Shown here one piece after another: positions 8,745 to 15,821 of a stretch of DNA of 39,616 nucleotides. The position numbers and the translations under genes are program-made. Every line of letters starts with the position of its first letter. Within the stretch, counting starts at the first letter, position 1. Where the stretch lies: contig JANOTL010000026.1 of assembly GCA_031416315.1 (NCBI GenBank), positions 1-39,616 of the forward strand. Direction: 5' to 3'. Origin of the DNA: Pseudomonadota bacterium. Lineage in GTDB: Bacteria > Bdellovibrionota_B > Oligoflexia > Oligoflexales > CAIYRB01. The notes under the pieces are model-generated. The model did not search any database. It had not been told where the DNA came from and saw nothing but the letters and a program-made list of their open reading frames with translations.

Positions 8745-10172
8745 ATGGCGGCGCAAAACGACGTCGATCTGCGGCAAATCGCTCGCCAGGCCATGGTGGA
8801 GCTCGGCTTCGCGGTCGAGTTTTCCGCCGCCGCCTTGGCTGAGCTCTCGGCCTTGGACCCTGCGCCCGAGCTGGCTGAAGCCGGCGTTCGCGACTTGCGT
8901 TCGCGACTTTGGTGCTCGATCGATAATGACAGCACGCGCGACCTCGACCAACTGACGGTTGCCGAGCGCGTCGCCGGCGGTGCGGTCATCGTGTGCGTCG
9001 CCGTCGCCGACGTCGACGCCTCGGTGCGCCGCGGCTCGGCGCTCGATGCGCATGCCGAGCGCAATACGACGTCGGTCTATACGGCGGTCGAGACGTTTCC
9101 GATGCTGCCGGAGCGCCTCTCGACCGATCTGACCTCGCTCCGGGAGGGCGTAGGTCGCCTCGCGGTGGTCGTCGAGCTGCGCCTCGGGCCGAAAGGGGAG
9201 CTCGAGGGAGCCGACTTCTATCGCGCCGCCGTGCACAATTACGCCAAGCTCACGTATGACGGTGTTTCGGCCTGGCTGAACGGCGAGGGGCCGCTACCCG
9301 AGCGCGCCGCGCGCGCGGGCGAGGCGATGGCGGCTCAGCTACGCTTGCAGGACGAGGTCGCGGGGAAGATGCGGGTTCTCCGGCACGAAAACGGGGCGCT
9401 GGCGCTCGAGGTGTCCGAGTCGCGGGGCGAAGGCGCCCGCGCCCGCGCTCTGATCGAGGATTTCATGATCGGCGCCAACGCGGCGACGGCTGGGTACTTG
9501 TCGCGCCACGGCCTCCCTTCGCTGCGCCGGATCGTCCGGGAGCCCAAGCGCTGGGACCGGATCGTCGAGCTCGCGCGGGGCCACGGCGCGAACCTGCCCG
9601 CCGCTCCGGACGCGAAAGCGCTGGCGAGTTTCCTCGAGGCCCGTCGGCACGCCGATCCGATCCGCTTTGCGGATCTGTCCCTGGCGATCGTGAAGCTCTT
9701 GGGCAAGGGCGAGAATGTCGTGGAGCTCCCCGGCGCGACGAGCCTCGGCCACTTCGGCCTGGCGGTGCGCGACTATGCGCACTCGACGGCGCCGAATCGA
9801 CGCTTTACCGATCTGATCACGCAGCGGATCCTTAAGGCGGCGCTCGCGGGCGTCGCGACTCCCTATGCGCCATCGGAGCTGGCGCGCTTGGCAGCGCATT
9901 GCACGGCGCAAGAGGACGCCGCGAACAAGGTCGAGCGGCGCCTGCGAAAGTCGGCGATGGCGCAATCTTATCGTGACCGCATCGGCGCGGTCTTTCCGGC
10001 TCTCGTCACCGGCGCCGCGGCCAAGGGGACGTGGGTGCGCCTCCTCGCCTCGCCGCCCGTAGAAGGCAAGCTCGTGCGCGGGGAGCGCGGGGTCGACGTC
10101 GGCGACGAGGTCGTGGTGCGCCTCCTCCGTGTCGATGTCGCGCGGGGATTCATCGACTTCGAGCGCGCTTGA
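8745..10172 (+). CDS. Compact RNB-domain exoribonuclease (RNase II/R family)
   Basis: SIDNDSTRDLDQ active-site motif, VAVADV, TSVY..FPMLP, LIEDFMIGAN, HFGLA..YAHSTAPNRRFTDL, short C-terminal S1-like domain, no N-terminal cold-shock domains. Confidence 0.9.
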   Translation: MAAQNDVDLRQIARQAMVELGFAVEFSAAALAELSALDPAPELAEAGVRDLRSRLWCSIDNDSTRDLDQLTVAERVAGGAVIVCVAVADVDASVRRGSALDAHAERNTTSVYTAVETFPMLPERLSTDLTSLREGVGRLAVVVELRLGPKGELEGADFYRAAVHNYAKLTYDGVSAWLNGEGPLPERAARAGEAMAAQLRLQDEVAGKMRVLRHENGALALEVSESRGEGARARALIEDFMIGANAATAGYLSRHGLPSLRRIVREPKRWDRIVELARGHGANLPAAPDAKALASFLEARRHADPIRFADLSLAIVKLLGKGENVVELPGATSLGHFGLAVRDYAHSTAPNRRFTDLITQRILKAALAGVATPYAPSELARLAAHCTAQEDAANKVERRLRKSAMAQSYRDRIGAVFPALVTGAAAKGTWVRLLASPPVEGKLVRGERGVDVGDEVVVRLLRVDVARGFIDFERA

Positions 10173-10195
10173 GACTTACGGACACGATTGGGTCC

Positions 10196-10279
10196 CCTTC
10201 TCGCGGCCGTAATTGCCCGACCGTGAGAAGGTGCCCCGGCAAGTCGTTCAGCCGCTGATGAATCCAACGCGCTGAACGA
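10196..10279. terminator. Two stem-loops between the convergent RNB and DPGQ genes
   Basis: CCTTCTCGCGGCCG/CGACCGTGAGAAGG (10196-10231) and TCGTTCAGC/GCTGAACGA (10244-10279). No poly-T tail, so terminator function is uncertain. Confidence 0.4.
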
Positions 10280-10305
10280 TCGGACCGGGGACTCGACGCG
10301 CGCCG

Positions 10306-10587
10306 TTAGCGGCCGTTTTGTCCCGGGTCTTGACCAGGATCTTGGCCCGGGTCCTGACCGGGGTCTTGGCCCGGGTCCTGACCAGGATCTTGGCCCGGGT
10401 CCTGACCGGGGTCTTGGCCCGGGTCCTGACCGGGGTCTTGGCCCGGGTCCTGACCAGGATCTTGGCCCGGGTCCTGACCAGGATCTTGGCCCGGGTCCTG
10501 ACCAGGATCTTGGCCCGGATCATCCGCAAAGGCAGCGCTACTCAGGGCGAGCAAACCGGAGAGCAGAAGCGAGGCGAAAATTTTCAT
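10306..10587 (-). CDS. Small secreted (DPGQ)17 repeat protein
   Basis: AAAGGGAA RBS, ATG 10587, Sec signal MKIFASLLLSGLLALSSAAFA, then D(DPGQ)17NGR. All unit-to-unit nucleotide variation is synonymous in this frame. Confidence 0.85.
   Translation of the reverse strand: MKIFASLLLSGLLALSSAAFADDPGQDPGQDPGQDPGQDPGQDPGQDPGQDPGQDPGQDPGQDPGQDPGQDPGQDPGQDPGQDPGQDPGQNGR
10318..10521 (-). repeat. 17 x 12-bp tandem repeat with 24-bp higher-order periodicity
   Basis: Alternating units GACCCGGGCCAA and GATCCTGGTCAG/GACCCCGGTCAG on the minus strand. Confidence 0.97.
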
Positions 10588-10634
10588 GTCGGTTCCCTTT
10601 ACACACTTTTGAACAGCGACGCCGACAACCGGCG

Positions 10635-12230
10635 TCACTCTGCACCCGTAAGGTATTCCACGCTGTCGATGCGGATCGGCGCGCTGGACGGCGCCTCCGT
10701 TTGGTTCACCAAATGGAGCGACTCGAACGTTTGCAGCGGGATTTGCCCGCCCGCAGCGAGCTCGGCCAAGGTGCGCGTCACCTCCATCGGCGCCGATTGC
10801 CCTTGGTTCGGATAGAGCGGCAATCCGCGCGCGACGACCGCGAGGCCGGCGGTCGCCGAGCCGGCGCCGATCGTAAGCCCGACGAGACCCGCGGACGGCG
10901 GCAGCGCCGGCAGCACCACGACCTCGTTCGGCTGGAGCTCGACCGCGATGTCGAGGGCGAGAGGTCGATGGCGGCGCGTCGCCACCGGCAAATCGCGCAT
11001 CAGCCCGAGCACGGCGTCGTGGTCGATGTTGGGATTCTCGCGGCCGCAAAGGCGCTGCGCCAGTGGCACCCAAAGGAAGTCGGGATTCTCCGACAGCCAG
11101 GTACCGGAGACGATCTCGCCCGCTGCGTCGAGAACGAGCTTGTACGAATAAACGCGCTGATGGATCGCGCTCGCCGCGAATCCGAGCGCCTCGTCGCGCT
11201 CGAAGTCGTAGCCGTGCATGCGGAGCGTCGCGTCGACCTTGAAGGTGTTCGCTTCGCCGTCGACCGGCGCGATGACGAAGCTGGCGCCCGAGATGACGTT
11301 GTTGTCGACGCTCTCGTTCGGGTAGTAGTCCATGGCGAGAGGCTTGCCTTCGTCACGCAGATAGTGGACGAGCGCTTTGTGAAAGACGTCGGGGTAGATG
11401 TCGAGCGGATCGTCGGCCGGGCCTGCGTTGTTGCGCCGGCCGTAGAACGTCCAGTAAACGCAGAAGCTCGCCTCCGCGAGCATGCCGTTGAAGTCGGAGA
11501 TCAGCACGTTTTGCTGCGTCAAAGGATCCCAGCGCGGCGCATCGACCTCTTCGTGCAAAATCGCGCTAGCCGCCCAGCCGTTGCAATGCCCGCCCCAAGA
11601 AACGGTTTGCAGGGAGTGCATGCGCGCCTCCCACGCCGACGCGCCGGGGTTCGTCCCGGTACGGGCCTCGATCATCGCGTCGTACTTGCCCAGAGGCGAG
11701 CCGGGGCCGGCCGCGAGCTCGACGGCGGAATGCGGCCACCAATACGCGTCGTAAGGATAAGCCTCTTCCGGGAGCAAGTACTCTTGCGAGCCGGCCTCGA
11801 TGCGGATCGGATCGTCCTTGGCGAGCGGCGCCGCGCGGAAGTCGCGCAGGATCTTGCCCAGGCGCTGCGCTTCCGCTGCGGCGACGCCGGCGTGCGCCCG
11901 CCGCGCGTGACGTCCCATCTTCTCCTTCGCCGCGGGTGCCGGCAGCGGGTCGAGGCCGATGTAGCGAGACTTTATCGTCCGCAACTTGCCCTTCGCGCGT
12001 GATCCCGTCGTGATTGAGCGCAGGCGCCCTTCCGGATCGCGCTCATAGAGAGCGGTCAGCTCGGGGAGGAAGCGGCCGCCGTCGGCGTTGAAGACCAGAC
12101 TCTCGGACCCTGACTCGGCGTAGCACCAGATCGATTCGGTGACGGAGCCATCGGCAGGCAGATTCTCGGGGGAGTCGGGACTGTCGACCGCAAAGCAGGT
12201 CGCAGCGACGATGAGAGCTTCGGTGATCAA
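10635..12230 (-). CDS. Transglutaminase-elicitor (Phytophthora GP42-like) family protein
   Basis: Ordered family-like motifs PYDAYWWP, SPLGKYD, WGGHCNGWAASA (putative catalytic Cys about 11583-11585), YSYKL.LD..GEI.SG.W...NPDFLW. TTG start overlaps the S8 stop (TTGA) with a GAAGGAG RBS. Confidence 0.75.
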   Translation of the reverse strand: MITEALIVAATCFAVDSPDSPENLPADGSVTESIWCYAESGSESLVFNADGGRFLPELTALYERDPEGRLRSITTGSRAKGKLRTIKSRYIGLDPLPAPAAKEKMGRHARRAHAGVAAAEAQRLGKILRDFRAAPLAKDDPIRIEAGSQEYLLPEEAYPYDAYWWPHSAVELAAGPGSPLGKYDAMIEARTGTNPGASAWEARMHSLQTVSWGGHCNGWAASAILHEEVDAPRWDPLTQQNVLISDFNGMLAEASFCVYWTFYGRRNNAGPADDPLDIYPDVFHKALVHYLRDEGKPLAMDYYPNESVDNNVISGASFVIAPVDGEANTFKVDATLRMHGYDFERDEALGFAASAIHQRVYSYKLVLDAAGEIVSGTWLSENPDFLWVPLAQRLCGRENPNIDHDAVLGLMRDLPVATRRHRPLALDIAVELQPNEVVVLPALPPSAGLVGLTIGAGSATAGLAVVARGLPLYPNQGQSAPMEVTRTLAELAAGGQIPLQTFESLHLVNQTEAPSSAPIRIDSVEYLTGAE

Positions 12231-14323
12231 CGCACGACTCCTTCGCGTTCGGTCCAAAGGCGTACGTTCTTGAGGAGCCAGCCGTCTCGCTCGTCGCCGC
12301 CGTCCGAGACGAGGCGGAAGCGGATGGTCACGTCGCCGCCGAGCAGCGCCGCGGGGACCTGGACGAAGGCCGTCTCGAAGCCATTACGACGGCCGGTGAC
12401 TCGCAGCAGCTCTTGCCAGACGGCGCCGCCGTCGCTCGAGGCCTCGACGGCCCCGTAATCGAGGCTTGGCTCTAGCGTATGCCGCTGCCTGAGCTCGACG
12501 AAAAGAGCGGCGACGCCGACCGTGGAGACGCTCGGCAATGTCAGCGCTGAGTCCTGCATCTCGGAGTAGTTTCCGTCGGGACTGTCCGAGAAGACGAGCT
12601 CGGTCGTCGACGTGCCGTCCTCGCCCGGCAACTCAGCGGGAGTCTCCTGGACTCCCCAGGTGCCCGAAAGGCCCAGGCCCTCGGTCGAAGCGCCGGTGTG
12701 CTCGGCCGTCAGCGTCATCTTTCGCGCGGCGGCGCGGAGCGGCTCGCTGAGCGGGCTCAAGTTGCGGAAATCGTCGCGAGCGCGCACGGCGACGTAGATC
12801 TCGGTGTTGAAAGAGAGACCCGGAATTAGCTGGGCAAGGCCGCCCCCGGTGATGGTGCCGGCGACCGTCGCGGCCGTCCACAGCTCCTCTGTCGTGATCG
12901 GGGCCGGGGCGTAACGCACCTCGTACGATGAAGCGTTGCCGGAGATGCCGTCGTCTCCGGCTGCGTCCCACTCGATGGTGAGCGAGTCGCGTGCCGCGAC
13001 CGCGACGCGGACGTTGGCGACGGCGGCAGGCGCCACGACGTCGTCCTGCAGGGCATGCGCCAACGCCAACCGTCCTCCGGTCTGCGCCGCGATGCCCAGG
13101 ATGGGCTTACTGCTCTTGACGAGGCGCTCCACGATTTGGGACGCGTTGAGAGTCGGGTCCGCAGCTTTGACCAAAGCTGCCGCGCCCGCCACGAACGGCG
13201 TCGCCGATGAAGCGCCGGTGCGGTAGCCGTAGCCCCCGCCCGGAGTTGTCGAGTAGATCTTGACGCCCGGCGCGACAAGCGTCGTTACGGGACCGATCCG
13301 CGCCCAGGACGGCACGAGATCCGCGTGGTCGCTCGCGCCGACCGCGATCGTTGCGGCGGTTTGGAAGTCGGCGGGATAGATCGCGGGCGCGCTCGTGCCG
13401 TCGCTCGGACGACTTCCGGACGAAGACACCATGACGATGCCGGCCTCGGTGGCTGCGGTCATCGCCGCGGTGAGGCTCGGCGAGAAGTCCCGGAAGCTGA
13501 AGCTGTTGCTCGTGACATGGGCGCCGATAACGCGCGCATAGGCGAGCGCCTCGATCAATCCGGCGAGCGTTCCCGACCCGTAGCGGTCGAGGAACTTGAT
13601 CGGGACGAGAGACACCTGCCAATTGACGCCCGTCACGCCGATGCCGTTGCCGCCGACGGCGCCGATGATGCCGGCGCAGTGGGTGCCGTGCCCGTGGTCG
13701 TCCTGCGGATCGTTGTCGCCGCTCACCAGGTCCCAGCCGTGCCAGTCGTCGACGTAGCCGTTCGCGTCGTCGTCCACGCCGTTACTCTGCTTGTCGCGGC
13801 CTTGGTCGTCGGCGCCGGTCTCGCCCGCGTTGACGAAGATGTTGGACGCGAGGTCGGGGTGGGCGAAATCGATGCCCGTATCCAACACCGCCACGCGCAC
13901 GTCGCGCGAGCCGCGCGTTACGTCCCAAGCGATCGTTGCGCCAATGTCCGCGCCGGCCAAGCCACGCGTCTGGCCGGTGTTCTCGAGGCCGTAAAGGCGG
14001 AAGAACTCGGGATCGTCGGGACGGTGGTCGGCGGTGATGACGTAGTTGGGCTCGACGTGATCGACGCCGCGCAACGAGGCGAGCGCCGCCTTGTCGCCGC
14101 TCGTCTCGACGAGGAAGAGGCCTTCGCTTGAAATCTCGCGCAAGACGCGCATTCCGTGGCGCGAGAGCTGCGCGCGCAGGCTGACTTTCGCGCCGGACGC
14201 ATCGGCGTGGCGCACGATGAATTGCCCGGGAATCGCCCGAATTTCCGGCTCGGGAGCGGCGCTCGCGAGCGCCGTCCAAAGTCCGAGCCCGGCCCCGATG
14301 AATCGCCGGTCCCATGCCGTCAT
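12227..14323 (-). CDS. Secreted subtilisin-like S8 peptidase with propeptide, Fn3 and C-terminal beta-sandwich
   Basis: AGGAGAG RBS, signal peptide, I9-like prodomain (PGQFIVR...VEPNY), VAVLDTG, HGHGTHCAG, TGASSATPFVAG, Fn3 (W.AAGDDG..G.A..YEVRY), SDSPDGNY...DYG.VE.S.DGG..W. Confidence 0.92.
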   Translation of the reverse strand: MTAWDRRFIGAGLGLWTALASAAPEPEIRAIPGQFIVRHADASGAKVSLRAQLSRHGMRVLREISSEGLFLVETSGDKAALASLRGVDHVEPNYVITADHRPDDPEFFRLYGLENTGQTRGLAGADIGATIAWDVTRGSRDVRVAVLDTGIDFAHPDLASNIFVNAGETGADDQGRDKQSNGVDDDANGYVDDWHGWDLVSGDNDPQDDHGHGTHCAGIIGAVGGNGIGVTGVNWQVSLVPIKFLDRYGSGTLAGLIEALAYARVIGAHVTSNSFSFRDFSPSLTAAMTAATEAGIVMVSSSGSRPSDGTSAPAIYPADFQTAATIAVGASDHADLVPSWARIGPVTTLVAPGVKIYSTTPGGGYGYRTGASSATPFVAGAAALVKAADPTLNASQIVERLVKSSKPILGIAAQTGGRLALAHALQDDVVAPAAVANVRVAVAARDSLTIEWDAAGDDGISGNASSYEVRYAPAPITTEELWTAATVAGTITGGGLAQLIPGLSFNTEIYVAVRARDDFRNLSPLSEPLRAAARKMTLTAEHTGASTEGLGLSGTWGVQETPAELPGEDGTSTTELVFSDSPDGNYSEMQDSALTLPSVSTVGVAALFVELRQRHTLEPSLDYGAVEASSDGGAVWQELLRVTGRRNGFETAFVQVPAALLGGDVTIRFRLVSDGGDERDGWLLKNVRLWTEREGVVR

Positions 14324-14392
14324 GCCAGCTCTCTCCTAGTTCATCTGCAAAGATGTGCCGGATGTTGTTCCGGGGATAATGATCCTCCGCGC

Positions 14393-14420
14393 AAAAAAAA
14401 TCCCGGAATTACTTCCGGGT
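14393..14420 (-). terminator. Intrinsic terminator upstream of the S8 operon
   Basis: Minus strand CCCGGAA-GTAA-TTCCGGG-A-T8. Confidence 0.7.
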
Positions 14421-14594
14421 CTTGATTTATGCGTTGACGGAATGAGACACGGCTGCTTGACGCGGCTCAGGAACTTCCTGTTCCGGACGTGTCGCCCGTG
14501 TTGCGCTTAGGTTTGCGCGCGCCGAAATCGGTCGGCGACGACTGCCTCAAAATTGATACACTAACAAACTGCTGCTTGGGGTCGAGGCACCCGA

Positions 14595-15689
14595 TCAGTT
14601 CGGGAACAGGTAGCCCGCTACGCCTTCGTAGTTGGTCCAGCCGCCCTCGTTCACCTTCTCGCCGCCGCATTCAGCGGCGGTGGACGACTTGCCGACGCAG
14701 CCAGGTCCGGCCGCGAAGGTGAAGTGGTGGTCGCCGTTCGTCGGATTGTACCAGCGATGAATGGGCTTGGTGAACGGCTCTTCTTTTGCGAAGACCTGGT
14801 AGGCGCCTTCCAGGACGAACCCGAGCGAGGTGACGGCGTTGTTCTTCTCGGCCTCGCTCGTCGTATAGAAATGGTCGGCGCTCGCGCCTTTGAATAAGCG
14901 GTAGAACGGCGCAAGGCCAGGAACCGCGGGGCGATCGAGGGGCATGGCGTAGAAAGCGATGCCCTCATAGTTCGTCCAGCCGCCCTCGTTCACGAGCTCG
15001 CCGCCGCATTCGGCCGCGGCGGACGACTTGCCGACGCAGCCGGGGCCGGCGGCAGGCGTGAAGAAGTGGTCGCCCTTCGTCGGGTTGAACCAGCGGTGGA
15101 TCGGGATGGCGTCGACGCATTCGTCGCCGATGCGATATTTTCGGTTCGCGCAGACGAGTTCAGAGGCGAAGTCTTCGACGGCGATCGCGCCGCCGCTTCC
15201 CGGCGGCACGGGCGCCCCTTCGATCTCGGATCCGGTCCCCGGATTGCCGCTGGCGAGGTCGGAGTCTTCGCCGACCTGGACGAAAATCGTGCGTTCCTTG
15301 CCGTCGGGCCCCTTGACCAGAATCTTGGCGGGGCCGTCCTTGAGCGCCTTGAGATCGCATTTGGCGGCGTCGAAGCTGGCGACTTCCGGGGCGCTCGAGC
15401 TCCCCTCCGCGCCGGTGACCTTGAATTTTTCGCAGAGGTTGAGCTCGTCGCCCGGCTTCAGTTTCAGCGGCTTGTCTTCGGTCGGCAAGACCGGTGCGCT
15501 CGTGGTGCCGGGATTTTTTTTGCCATCTTTCTTGCCGTCGCCCTCGGGCTCGTCGCCATCTTCCGAAGTGACGCTCTCCTTCGGGTTCGGCTGCGCTTTC
15601 GTCGATTTCTTGTCGCCGGACGCGAAGTCACTGTCGCTGCAGGCGACGAGGCTCGCACAAAGGACGCTGGCGACAAAGTGACGAAGCAT
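14595..15689 (-). CDS. Lipoprotein with Lys-rich linker, Ig-like (Big_2-like) domain and three DUF5648-like repeats
   Basis: GGAGG RBS, lipobox LVAC, SSSAPEVASFD..Big_2-like segment, three (P)xxRxx....DH(F/H)(F/Y)T....EG repeats. Confidence 0.82.
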   Translation of the reverse strand: MLRHFVASVLCASLVACSDSDFASGDKKSTKAQPNPKESVTSEDGDEPEGDGKKDGKKNPGTTSAPVLPTEDKPLKLKPGDELNLCEKFKVTGAEGSSSAPEVASFDAAKCDLKALKDGPAKILVKGPDGKERTIFVQVGEDSDLASGNPGTGSEIEGAPVPPGSGGAIAVEDFASELVCANRKYRIGDECVDAIPIHRWFNPTKGDHFFTPAAGPGCVGKSSAAAECGGELVNEGGWTNYEGIAFYAMPLDRPAVPGLAPFYRLFKGASADHFYTTSEAEKNNAVTSLGFVLEGAYQVFAKEEPFTKPIHRWYNPTNGDHHFTFAAGPGCVGKSSTAAECGGEKVNEGGWTNYEGVAGYLFPN

Positions 15690-15821
15690 GGAACCTCCGA
15701 AGAGCGCGGATATCAGCCCATTGGTCAATCGGCCAAGTGACATGAATTGCCGTGAGCTTTCCGGGGCTTATGGTCATAATCGATTGTAATTGCAACCTAA
15801 TTTCGGCTGTCGAGCGGTGGC

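Noticed and set aside
10318..10521. Tandem repeat as a CRISPR array
   Set aside because: Contiguous 12-bp units with no unique spacers and no cas genes; it is an in-frame coding repeat.
10248..10815. Alternative-frame repeat ORFs (RAKILVRT..., RVLTRILA...)
   Set aside because: Unit variation is non-synonymous in these frames, and they lack the RBS and signal peptide of the DPGQ frame.
14346..14361. Sigma-54-like CGGCAC...TTGCA upstream of the S8 gene
   Set aside because: GG-to-GC spacing is 9 nt rather than the strictly required 10.
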